Below, piece by piece: positions 36,163 to 45,314 of a stretch of 64,000 nt of DNA. A program made the translations under genes and the position numbers. The first letter of the stretch is position 1. Each line of letters begins with the position of its first letter. Location: the NCBI GenBank assembly GCA_030828405.1, contig JAURCP010000005.1:18945-82944 (forward strand), in the 5' to 3' direction. The notes beneath the pieces were generated by a model, which saw only the letters and a program-made list of their open reading frames with translations, was not told the DNA's origin and ran no database searches. The stretch comes from Thermoplasmatota archaeon. GTDB taxonomy: Archaea > Thermoplasmatota > Poseidoniia > Poseidoniales > Thalassarchaeaceae.

Positions 36163-37401
36163 ATGAGGTCTTTAGAGAATCTTGATTTACTTCCTGAGCC
36201 CGATGACCACCGTATCTTAACCACGATTGATAATCAAGCATTAGGCTATTCTGGGGAAGATTATGGCCTTACTGACGAGGAAGCCAAACAGCTTCGTTGG
36301 CCACTAGGCCCGATGAGAAAGTCAGAAACTCCTACCGGTGCTATTTTTTTCTCTTTATTGACTCTATTGTTAATTGCTGGTTGGCCATGGGTTAACTCAT
36401 ATCTCGTACCAATTCTTCCTAACTCCGAATGGGCATATGAAGATACAGGAATCAGGCAATTACAATCAGAGGGATATTTTGGTCAAGGAGTACATGTCTG
36501 TATTGTAGATACTGGGATTGATATGAATCATCCTGACTTTTCTCATCAACAATTATTAGGATTCAGAGATTTTGTAGGTGGCAATCATGAGTTAATTAGA
36601 GACATCGGTGAAAGTTCACATGGGACATTAATGGCTGGAATTTTGATATCTAACGGTACTTTCAGAGGGGTTGCTCCAGAAGTAGGTTTGTCAGTTGCTT
36701 TAGCATTGGATTCAGAAGGCACATCTGGTTCAACCGATCGAGTCGCACAAGCTATTAGGTGGTGTCGAATTACTCAGAAAGTAGATATTATTTCATTGAG
36801 CCTTGGTGGGTTCCCTAGTGATTCCACTTCAAATATTAATTCTCAAACTAACCTAGCAGTTCAAGAAGCATTAGATTCAGGGATTTTCGTTGTAGCTGCT
36901 GCAGGAAATACTGGTCTCGATTTAGACATAAATGATGTTTCTCAACCTTCCAGCCTTCCGGGAGTAATTTCGGTAGGAGCTATATCTAAATCGGGATTTG
37001 TATGGGGTAGTAGTGCCTTTGGTTCATCGATTGATCCAGCAACAGGAGATGAAAGGATTTTCCCTAATCAAAAACCAGAAGTTGTGGCTCCAGGCGTTAA
37101 TATCTTCTCTACAGCCTCAAGCACATTATCATCACCATATGCTTACTCTTCTGGGACGAGTGATTCCACAGTATTTGTCACAGGAGCTTTAGCATTGATT
37201 ATTCAACAATGTAGGGATTCCATTGAAGGTTCGGATGGCTATATTGATGAGAATGAAATGAGACTTGTCAAACATGCATTAGCAAGGTCTTCCGATAGGA
37301 GTAACTTTGATTCTGCTAATCACAATTCCCATTCAGGTTATGGCACTTTGGACATAGTCAAGTGGTCTCAGGAAATCTCTTTTACATTTAATGTAGAATA
37401 A
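36163..37401 (+). CDS. membrane-anchored subtilisin-like serine protease (peptidase S8), paralog of 596-1930
   Basis: VCIVDTGIDMNHPD (Asp), SSHGTLMAGILIS (His), AAAGNTG (Asn), SGTSDSTVFVTGALALI (Ser). N-terminal TM is GAIFFSLLTLLLIAGWPW. The SD-like AGGTGGT at 36148-36154 lies 8 nt before the ATG. Confidence 0.85.
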   Translation: MRSLENLDLLPEPDDHRILTTIDNQALGYSGEDYGLTDEEAKQLRWPLGPMRKSETPTGAIFFSLLTLLLIAGWPWVNSYLVPILPNSEWAYEDTGIRQLQSEGYFGQGVHVCIVDTGIDMNHPDFSHQQLLGFRDFVGGNHELIRDIGESSHGTLMAGILISNGTFRGVAPEVGLSVALALDSEGTSGSTDRVAQAIRWCRITQKVDIISLSLGGFPSDSTSNINSQTNLAVQEALDSGIFVVAAAGNTGLDLDINDVSQPSSLPGVISVGAISKSGFVWGSSAFGSSIDPATGDERIFPNQKPEVVAPGVNIFSTASSTLSSPYAYSSGTSDSTVFVTGALALIIQQCRDSIEGSDGYIDENEMRLVKHALARSSDRSNFDSANHNSHSGYGTLDIVKWSQEISFTFNVE

Positions 37402-37408
37402 TTTTTTT
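37402..37408 (+). terminator. T7 tract immediately after the protease stop codon
   Basis: TAA (37399-37401) is followed by TTTTTTT. An oligo-T tract is the archaeal intrinsic terminator signal. Confidence 0.4.
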
Positions 37409-37420
37409 CAATATTTGAAA

Positions 37421-37486
37421 TTGATACAAATACGCTTTGTTGATACATTATTCTCAAATGTAACTCTAGCATTGATAAATGATACA
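37421..37486 (+). promoter_or_regulatory. array of TTGATACA-type direct repeats in the promoter/leader of the 1407-aa surface protein gene
   Basis: TTGATACA at 37421-37428 and 37440-37447, the variant TTGATAAA at 37472-37479, and ATGATACA at 37479-37486. The last copy ends 14 nt before the ATG at 37501. Confidence 0.4.
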
Positions 37487-37500
37487 TAATACGGTAAAAC

Positions 37501-40500
37501 ATGTCCAAGCGCCGAGTAAGAAGTTCCTTCCTAGTATTTCTCATGTTATCTAGCGTGTTAATCGCCCTAGTAGGGCCTGCAAGCCCTGTAATGGCTAATA
37601 ATGAAACTACTTCTGGAACTATTACAACTTCAGAAACATGGTCAGGAACTCATCAGCTAACCGGAGACATTACAATCGCATCAGGTGCTAAGTTAATTAT
37701 TCAACCAGGAACCACTGTTATTTTCCCAAATGGAACATATCTTGATGTAAGAGGAAATCTATGTGCTGGTTCTAGTTCTTGTGGTTCCTCCGGTGATGCA
37801 AGTTTGGCAAATAAAATCACTTTCCGATGGACTGATCCTTCAAATGCTAGTGAAATTGGAGAGTGTAAAGGTATGAAACAAGGCACTCAAGAAATACAGG
37901 TTGAAGATGCTTCATGCTTCGAGGGTGTACTAATTCGAAGTTCTATTGATTTATCTGAAACAGGCTTTAGGCATATTACAATAGATGATGCTTGGGGAAT
38001 TCCTTACTACATTGATTCAATTAACAGATGGCGATATGGGGCTATGGTAATTGATGGAGCATCCCCCACCTTAACTCAAATGAGATTTAGTAATGTAAAT
38101 ACAAGCAGTGTATTGACAACTAATCTTGCTCAACCAATATTTGAGGGGGGCACTTATGTTGCAGGAAACGATGAGAAAAGTGGAGTAGGTGGTTCAGCAG
38201 TTCAAATTTATGGTTCAGGTACACAAATCACTCCTCTTGAGATGAATTCTCCATTCTTTATTGGAACTGACAATGGCTGTGGAAATAATGATGGGGGCCG
38301 TCCAACATTATGGGCTCAAGAAACATTCATAGAAATTAATGATGCTACAGTAAATACTGGCGATTATGGATTTGCGTTCGTGAGTTCCTCAGGACTTCTT
38401 ACTAACTCCGACATAAATGTGAATTGTAACGGAGTAGATATCAATGGTGTCAAAGCGATACAAGGAGTCAGATATACGTTTGAAGTAGGGAATAATGAAA
38501 TAAATACGGATGAGGGTTCTGGAATCACTGTTTATGATGGCGGTGATGCTGAATTACATAATAATCAAATTTCAGGAGTAGCAGACCGTTCAGGAATTAC
38601 CGTACAATCAAGCAAGGCTCATATTCACAATAATGAGATCGGGCCAATAGGTGGTTGGAATGGACTTTGGTTAACAGGTTCCTTTGATGTTATTGCCGAA
38701 TATAATACAATTATTGATACTGCGAAAACTCCGGTTCAAGTTGGTGAATTATCTAGTTCAGGACCTGCACCAGCTGCATCTAGGCTTCATTTTACGAATA
38801 ATACAGTGAGTGTTAATTCGCCAGGAACCTGTTCTAGCTTCAAGTACTGGGGTGGCGAATATACTTGCCCCGCAGTAAGTGTATTCCGTTCAGGTGTAAC
38901 GCTCTATGACAATGAGTTTAGCTTAGGCGGAGACGCCGATGGTATCAGAGCAATAGGCGGATTGATGGATGTCCAAAGAAATTTGTTTAACACTCCAGGA
39001 ACTGGAGCAGTAATCCGAAATTATGATAGCGGATTTGCAAATACACAGCAATATGGTTCTCTTGGCTTCTTTTCATTGAATACTTGGAATGGTATTGAAA
39101 CAGCTTATAATATTACTAAATCTTCTGTAACAGTTCAATCTGAGTTCATTCCAAGTGCATCTCCTGGTGAGTATCCTATAATACTAGACTGGCCTGATCA
39201 AGAGGCTTGGCCTGCAAATGGATTCCAGGGTGCTATAATCCCAACACCAATTTCTGAATGTTCTAGTTGTGATAATTTAACTCCTAGGGACTTCCCATTG
39301 GCAGTTAATATGGATAATAACTCTACAGTCTTTACATTCGCTAACCTTTCAAATGTCGACACCTCGAAGATTTTTATTAAGTCTCAGCCAACTCAATTTG
39401 CAGTCCAAGTAAGAAGGGCAGAAATGGTGAGATTCCAAACCTTGGTAGATGGGATGAAAGTAGATAATGCAAATGTGCTAATAGAAGATGCTCTAGGGAA
39501 TGATATTTACTCTCTTTACACAGATGAAGATGGATATACTCCCTGGTTTGCCCTAGCATCAGACTCGCATCTTGATTTCCGAGGCCTTGCTGGAGGAGAT
39601 AACCCTGATGGTTTTGCAGACGATGAATATGAAGATTCATGTTCCGATGGGATAGACAATGATGGTGATTTAACGATTGATAATAATGATGATGATTGTG
39701 ATTATAGTGCAGGAACTAGGGAGCTTTCTCGTTATTACTACACTGCATACAAATTTGGCTTTGGTTATGATAGAAATGACTTTACTATTCAAGATAATAC
39801 GTATCAAGATATAATAAATTTAGTAAATATAGGCCCGTCTATATCAGTAATTCAAGAAACAGGTCATTCGTTCAGGAAAGTAGTGAATTTTACTGGTTCT
39901 GCGCATGACGGTCAGTTAGCTGGATTTTATGCTACAGATGAATTAGCTCAATGGGATCAAAAAGGATATATCCATTCAGTTGAAGTAAGAGACCCTTTCA
40001 CTAGTGAATGGACCTCTGCTGGTATGGCAGTTGATGACAGTGGGGCTGAGCCTGGGACCGTTACGCGTTTTAATCACCCATTCAATTCTTGGTATTTTTC
40101 ATTTGACATGTCTGGGTATCAAGAAACTGACTATACATTTGAGTTTAGATCGTTTGATGGAATCGACTACAGTCCAATTATTACAAGGACAATTAAGTTG
40201 AACGCGGCTCCTCCTGTAATCAGTGTAAGTACTCCAAGCGATGGCTCAACTTGGTCAGATGGCACCGTCACATTCGAGGGAACTGCTTACGATCAATATG
40301 GTTGCCCTATTGCTTGTAGTCAAGATGTAGGGGAAATTTATTTCTACATTAGCGGGCCTAACTTCGAAGGTACAACTCCAACAACTGGTGGTGCTGATTG
40401 GTCATGGACATGGGACTTTAGTGGCCAACCAAGAGTTGTTTCTGAATACACATTCACAATTTGGGCATCAGATTCAGATTTTTGTCTTAGTGTTATAGAT

Positions 40501-41724
40501 GAATGCGAACCAGTAACAATGACATTGACTATTGACAATTCTAATTCAGCACCTTTCGTAAGTTTACTGACACCTATGGATGGCGAAAGGCTCTCAGTCT
40601 CTGATAATACGATTGAGGGTGTTGCAAGAGATAATGATGGCTCTGTTTCTAGAGTAGATATAACTGTCAGAGATATTTTCAACGGAGATATCATTGTTCA
40701 TCAACAATCAGTATTTGATTTTGAAACTAATGGAGCATGGTCAACTACTTGGGACCCAACAATATTACAACATGACTTCGAATATGAGATTGATGTCCAA
40801 TCATATGACGGATATGATTTCAGTGATTTGACTACAATTTCAATAATTGCTGATAATCCTTCAGATGCTGGAAATAACCAACCTGTTTTCAATTCAGAAA
40901 ATTGGATGCAAGAAATAACTCTTTACTGTGAAATTGAGTCCCAATCACAAGATAGGTGTACTAAGGCTGAGATAGATCTTAATCAATTCTTCACTGAGAT
41001 AGATAATGGACAAGACCTAATTTTATCTGTCTTTGATTCTGAAGCAACTTCCGATGATAATTTCGCATTAGTAATTAATGTAGGTCAGGATGGAATCGCT
41101 GTCTATGATCCAATTTCTATGTTCTTCTATGACTCCGATATGGATGCATGGACATTAGAAAATGTAATTTTCGTAGCTACTGATCCATTTGGTTCCAAAG
41201 AAATTTCATTGGACGTTACTTTCACAGTAATACCAATAAGTTTCCAAATTGATGTCCCTGATGTTACTGTTGTTAAAGAGGGAGAAAGTATAACATTCTC
41301 GGGTGTCGGATTACCTGGAAAAACAGTCACTGCTCTGATTAACAAGGTGCCTGCCAATAATACTGTAGTAAATAGTGACTCTACATGGTCTCTAGATATT
41401 CCATCCTCTCGATTTGATGAAGGCCCAGTTACACCTGATTTCAGATATGTTGGTTCGGACTACTCAAGTGGTGTTCAGATTTCAGTAGGTGCTGCAGATG
41501 AAGGAATGTCAACCTTAATGATTGGAATGATTTCAATAGTAATCTTGGCTATCTTAGGAGGGGTCTTTGTATATTTCTTTGTAGAAATTGAAGATGATGA
41601 TGAAAGTGATGATACCTCTTCTATTGACTCCACGGCGAATATGACTTCTAACGTTGAAGAATCTACTGACGGATGGATTTGGGATGAAGAATCAAATGAA
41701 TGGATTGAAGACCCAAATTATTAA
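37501..41724 (+). CDS. giant surface protein (1407 aa): signal peptide, right-handed parallel beta-helix (PbH1/NosD-like) region, Ig-like modules, C-terminal TM anchor and acidic tail
   Basis: Signal-like RSSFLVFLMLSSVLIALVGPASPVMA. Beta-helix repeats: SGITVYDGGDAELHNNQISGVADRSGITVQSSKAHIHNNEIG. A Cys-flanked calcium-loop-like CSDGIDNDGDLTIDNNDDDC lies at nt 39640-39699. Ig-like units include PPVISVSTPSDGSTWSDGTVTFEGTAYD and APFVSLLTPMDGERLS..IEGVARDNDGSVSRVDITV. TM is LMIGMISIVILAILGGVFVYFFV. The 46-aa acidic tail contains DGWIWDEESNEWIEDPNY. Confidence 0.85.
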   Translation: MSKRRVRSSFLVFLMLSSVLIALVGPASPVMANNETTSGTITTSETWSGTHQLTGDITIASGAKLIIQPGTTVIFPNGTYLDVRGNLCAGSSSCGSSGDASLANKITFRWTDPSNASEIGECKGMKQGTQEIQVEDASCFEGVLIRSSIDLSETGFRHITIDDAWGIPYYIDSINRWRYGAMVIDGASPTLTQMRFSNVNTSSVLTTNLAQPIFEGGTYVAGNDEKSGVGGSAVQIYGSGTQITPLEMNSPFFIGTDNGCGNNDGGRPTLWAQETFIEINDATVNTGDYGFAFVSSSGLLTNSDINVNCNGVDINGVKAIQGVRYTFEVGNNEINTDEGSGITVYDGGDAELHNNQISGVADRSGITVQSSKAHIHNNEIGPIGGWNGLWLTGSFDVIAEYNTIIDTAKTPVQVGELSSSGPAPAASRLHFTNNTVSVNSPGTCSSFKYWGGEYTCPAVSVFRSGVTLYDNEFSLGGDADGIRAIGGLMDVQRNLFNTPGTGAVIRNYDSGFANTQQYGSLGFFSLNTWNGIETAYNITKSSVTVQSEFIPSASPGEYPIILDWPDQEAWPANGFQGAIIPTPISECSSCDNLTPRDFPLAVNMDNNSTVFTFANLSNVDTSKIFIKSQPTQFAVQVRRAEMVRFQTLVDGMKVDNANVLIEDALGNDIYSLYTDEDGYTPWFALASDSHLDFRGLAGGDNPDGFADDEYEDSCSDGIDNDGDLTIDNNDDDCDYSAGTRELSRYYYTAYKFGFGYDRNDFTIQDNTYQDIINLVNIGPSISVIQETGHSFRKVVNFTGSAHDGQLAGFYATDELAQWDQKGYIHSVEVRDPFTSEWTSAGMAVDDSGAEPGTVTRFNHPFNSWYFSFDMSGYQETDYTFEFRSFDGIDYSPIITRTIKLNAAPPVISVSTPSDGSTWSDGTVTFEGTAYDQYGCPIACSQDVGEIYFYISGPNFEGTTPTTGGADWSWTWDFSGQPRVVSEYTFTIWASDSDFCLSVIDECEPVTMTLTIDNSNSAPFVSLLTPMDGERLSVSDNTIEGVARDNDGSVSRVDITVRDIFNGDIIVHQQSVFDFETNGAWSTTWDPTILQHDFEYEIDVQSYDGYDFSDLTTISIIADNPSDAGNNQPVFNSENWMQEITLYCEIESQSQDRCTKAEIDLNQFFTEIDNGQDLILSVFDSEATSDDNFALVINVGQDGIAVYDPISMFFYDSDMDAWTLENVIFVATDPFGSKEISLDVTFTVIPISFQIDVPDVTVVKEGESITFSGVGLPGKTVTALINKVPANNTVVNSDSTWSLDIPSSRFDEGPVTPDFRYVGSDYSSGVQISVGAADEGMSTLMIGMISIVILAILGGVFVYFFVEIEDDDESDDTSSIDSTANMTSNVEESTDGWIWDEESNEWIEDPNY

Positions 41725-41791
41725 TTTTGTTGACTTGAGTCAGAGACTTCACCACCGAAACTTCTTCTATTGATTCAGATTGCTGTACTAT

Positions 41792-44320
41792 ATGAGCAAC
41801 ATAGCCGTGCCAAGGCCGGGCGTCCAAGAGAGGATATTATTACACCTCAGAGACTATGTTGAACATGCTGGTAGAGTCGAAGTACCATTCGCATTATCGC
41901 AGATGGGCATCGCTAACTCGGTAGCAATTGCGAGATCTAATGTCCCTAGAGCAATTTCTGGTATGAGGGAACAGGGTCTTCTAATTGAAAGGCAGGCACA
42001 TGTAACTGGAGTTTCCCGTAAGCGGAAGGCGTATTTCCTTACCGACGATGGGATAAAAGTAGCTAATGGAATTTGGGAAAAAGTAAGTACTCAAAATGTA
42101 AGGCTGAAATTTCTCGATGGAAGTTCAAAAAGCGTGGCTTTAATTAATGCTCTTGAGCTAACTGATTTACCATTGAGACATGTGGATATCTTGAGATATA
42201 TCGATGATAATGGTAGTTTAGATTTATCGGTACTTTCAGCTGAATTAATTGAGAGAGATTTATCAAAACATATTGAGAAGCAATTAGTAACCTCTTTCAA
42301 TGACCTACCAAGAACTAGAAAATTTTTCGGTAGAGAGAAAGAAGTTGATGACATGTTTAATCTTCTTGAAAAAAGGTCATCCTCAATATTAGTTCCAGGA
42401 ATTGCTGGCATCGGAAAGACCGCTCTTGCTGGAAAAATTCTTGAGAGATTCACTCATGAAAGAAATTTGCTATATCATCGCTGTCAAGATTGGGAAGGTT
42501 CGAGAGCATTTCTTGAGGCTACTGCGGAATGGCAAGCAACAATGGGCAATAATGGACTTTCAGATTACTTAGCTGCAACACCAATACCGCAGTCCAATGT
42601 CACGATTGACTTAATCATAGAAGGGCTTAGGAATTCTCCAAGTTTAATTGTAATTGACGATTTACATAAAGTTGGCGATGAAACTCTAATTACTATCTTG
42701 AGAGGTATAGCAACAAGAATTCCTAACCTCAGTCAAGTAGGTGTAATTATGTTCTCAAGATCTTTTAGAATGGTTGTACCTGAGAAAGACTCTGAAGGAA
42801 AAATTCTCACTTTAGTAATGCCTCTTGAAGGATTAGATAAAGAGTCAAGCAAACAGATTCTCTCCGCTATGCCAGATATGGACGCCCCTCAATTCCTTCA
42901 TATTTATTCGCTTTCTAGAGGTCACCCACTAGTTTTAGAATTGATAAATAGAGGTAGTGTAGGGGGAACTTTTCACGCTACATTAGAAACATTTGTTGAG
43001 AAAGAAATCTTTAGTAGGTTATCAGGTCCACAAAAGAGGCTTCTAGGTGCTATCGCAGTTTTCCGTGAACCAATGCCTCTGAGTGCATTGAGTGATCTTG
43101 ATGCAGCAATAGATCTTTTAGACGATTTAGTTGAGAAAGGTCTAGCAAGGCAAGCAGACAGCGAAAATTACGATGTTCACGATTTAGTTAGAGAATTTTT
43201 AGTACTATCAATGGAGCAAAATTTACGTCATGAGTTACATAATAATGCAGTGAATTGGTATCGTAGTCGTAAAGCAAGTCCTACCGACAGGATAGAATTT
43301 ATTCACCATTTACATAATTCAGATCAAATTGAAGAATTAGCAAAAGTTCTTTCTTCAGAAGGACCAAATCTGGTACAATCTGGACACACAGAACTTCTAG
43401 GAATTTTAAGATCTTTGGATAGGGAAGGTTTCGATTCTATATCCTGGGGAATTGTAAGAGAACTTAGAGGAGATATTCTATCGATCCAGGGGCATTGGGA
43501 CGCGGCAGAGAAAGAATATGATGCGGCAATTCCTATAGCACGTAAAAACAAACAAAATAAGGAATTAGCTAGATTATTATCTTCTAGGGCTGATATTGCT
43601 GTTAAAAGAGGTGCAATGGATGATGCATTAGAATTACACAGGCAGGCATTAGAAATTCAAATTAAGACCAGAGATGCAGTTTCTGCAGCGCGTTCTTACA
43701 ATAACATGGGTTATATTTTCCGTCGCCGTAGAGATAATAGGCACGCCTTAGAAGTATACGGTAACGTGGAAGAGTTGTTAGATTCAGAAAGTAATCCGGA
43801 ATTATGTGATTCAAGAATACGTCTCGCATCTGCATTTTTAGAGATGGGAGAATTCGATCGTGCTCGAGATCACGCAATGTTGGCTCATGACGAAACTAAG
43901 GATAATGGGCAAGAAACCCTTCACGCCAGAGCAAGAGCAGTATTAGGGAGATATTATGCTAAAATTAAGGATAATGATTTAGCAATGTTACATTACTCCG
44001 GTGCTCTAGAGATTCTATCTGAACAGGCGGACCCTCATAGTGCGGTTGAAGTTGAAATGCTATTAGGTCAAGTGTTAAGCGATGCGGGTAGGAAAGAGGA
44101 AGCTTCTCAACATTATTTAGAAGGATTAGCACTAGCAGAAGCGAATGACTTCCGTCATCTGAAGGGGGAGCTACTTGCCCGTCTCGGTGAAGTTGAGACC
44201 GATCGCTCTCAGAGGATGGAGTATCTGCAAAAAGCTCTTTCAGTATTCCGCGAACTTGGTGCAAACGCTCGTATGAAGGAAGTCCAAAACTCTGTTCACA
44301 GAGTAGTCATGGGTCACTAA
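41792..44320 (+). CDS. STAND-class NTPase with N-terminal winged-helix DNA-binding domain and C-terminal TPR repeats (MalT/AfsR-like architecture)
   Basis: wHTH-like LSQMGIANSVAIARSNVPRAISGMREQGLLIERQ..KRKAYFLTDDG. Walker A is PGIAGIGKT (nt 42398-42421) and Walker B is LIVIDDLHKV. An NB-ARC-like SRGHPLVLELI is present. TPR-like units include ARSYNNMGYIFRRRRDNRHALEVY and VLGRYYAKIKDNDLAMLHY. The ORF track opens at TTG 41780; the first ATG is at 41792. Confidence 0.8.
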   Translation: MSNIAVPRPGVQERILLHLRDYVEHAGRVEVPFALSQMGIANSVAIARSNVPRAISGMREQGLLIERQAHVTGVSRKRKAYFLTDDGIKVANGIWEKVSTQNVRLKFLDGSSKSVALINALELTDLPLRHVDILRYIDDNGSLDLSVLSAELIERDLSKHIEKQLVTSFNDLPRTRKFFGREKEVDDMFNLLEKRSSSILVPGIAGIGKTALAGKILERFTHERNLLYHRCQDWEGSRAFLEATAEWQATMGNNGLSDYLAATPIPQSNVTIDLIIEGLRNSPSLIVIDDLHKVGDETLITILRGIATRIPNLSQVGVIMFSRSFRMVVPEKDSEGKILTLVMPLEGLDKESSKQILSAMPDMDAPQFLHIYSLSRGHPLVLELINRGSVGGTFHATLETFVEKEIFSRLSGPQKRLLGAIAVFREPMPLSALSDLDAAIDLLDDLVEKGLARQADSENYDVHDLVREFLVLSMEQNLRHELHNNAVNWYRSRKASPTDRIEFIHHLHNSDQIEELAKVLSSEGPNLVQSGHTELLGILRSLDREGFDSISWGIVRELRGDILSIQGHWDAAEKEYDAAIPIARKNKQNKELARLLSSRADIAVKRGAMDDALELHRQALEIQIKTRDAVSAARSYNNMGYIFRRRRDNRHALEVYGNVEELLDSESNPELCDSRIRLASAFLEMGEFDRARDHAMLAHDETKDNGQETLHARARAVLGRYYAKIKDNDLAMLHYSGALEILSEQADPHSAVEVEMLLGQVLSDAGRKEEASQHYLEGLALAEANDFRHLKGELLARLGEVETDRSQRMEYLQKALSVFRELGANARMKEVQNSVHRVVMGH

Positions 44321-45149
44321 TCTCGCTATCAATACGGCTGCAGATTTTTTCCTCTCCAATCATAATTTTAAATTCTGGTCCTGACTGCTCAGAGATAAAA
44401 ATCATACCTTTGAAATCCTCACCAATTCTCATCAATACCTCACTCTCAGCGAGGTGTGGTGCATTATTTTTATCTGAAAGGTGACATAAAACAACTGTCC
44501 TAAGTTTTGGAGTCATGATTTCATATAAAATTTCTGCAGTTTGGCTATTGGATAAGTGCCCACCACGGCCAGTAATTCGTCTTTTTAGTGAATCAGGATA
44601 GGGTCCCTGCATTAATTTGTTATGGTCATAATTCGCTTCAATTGAAATATGTGAACACCCTTTCAAATGTCTTTTCAATTCTACAGTTGCCTCTCCTAGA
44701 TCTGTGACGAAACCCGCTCTATTCCCATCACCGTTACTCACTATCAAAGCAATGTTTTCAGCATCATCATGTGGGATTGGTATTGGAAGAACACTTATTT
44801 CATCATTAATATTTATCCGTTCTAAATTGCCGAATGTTCTACAATCTGACATAGGATTCCAACCCATTTTTATTGCAGTTTCAATATTACAGTATAGATT
44901 TGAACCCCATTTTTGAGACGCTTTCAGTGCGGATTTTGAATGATCTCCATGATGATGAGTAATAAAAATAGCATCTATTGAACTTGGTTCAATTTTTATT
45001 GTTGATAACCTCTTTTCAGTTTGTTTCAACGAGAACCCACAATCAATTAGTATTTTACAACTATTTGATTCTAGTAAGGTAGAATTACCTCTGCTACCTG
45101 AACCTAAATGAGTAATCTGTAACCCCATATCAATCATCTCTTGAGCCAA
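44307..45149 (-). CDS. metallo-beta-lactamase-fold hydrolase (YycJ/RNase Z-like subgroup, function unassigned)
   Basis: 280 aa. LGSGSRGNSTLLES..ILIDCG, the HxHxDH motif ITHHHGDHS, and a later H in LCHLS. Its stop overlaps the STAND gene 3' end by 14 nt. Confidence 0.85.
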   Translation of the reverse strand: MAQEMIDMGLQITHLGSGSRGNSTLLESNSCKILIDCGFSLKQTEKRLSTIKIEPSSIDAIFITHHHGDHSKSALKASQKWGSNLYCNIETAIKMGWNPMSDCRTFGNLERININDEISVLPIPIPHDDAENIALIVSNGDGNRAGFVTDLGEATVELKRHLKGCSHISIEANYDHNKLMQGPYPDSLKRRITGRGGHLSNSQTAEILYEIMTPKLRTVVLCHLSDKNNAPHLAESEVLMRIGEDFKGMIFISEQSGPEFKIMIGEEKICSRIDSEISDP

Positions 45150-45314
45150 CGTTTAGTCCTTCAATTAATCTGTTTCAAATAACAAAAATATTGTTTTTAT
45201 ACACCATTTCGATACCACCACAATGTATCAATCATATGCATTTGTCCGAACGACGCTCCATCATGGTCATAAATGCATGAAAGTCGCTAAGGGTAGTTAA
45301 GACGAGGTCATAGC

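Noticed and set aside
41792-45149. Apparent higher GC in the STAND and MBL genes as a sign of horizontal transfer
   Set aside because: This was judged by eye only. The difference is plausibly due to amino-acid composition (Arg/Ala/Leu-rich cytoplasmic TPR protein versus Asn/Ser/Thr/Asp-rich exported proteins). rtcB and other cytoplasmic genes look similar. It needs a computed GC3 or codon-usage profile.
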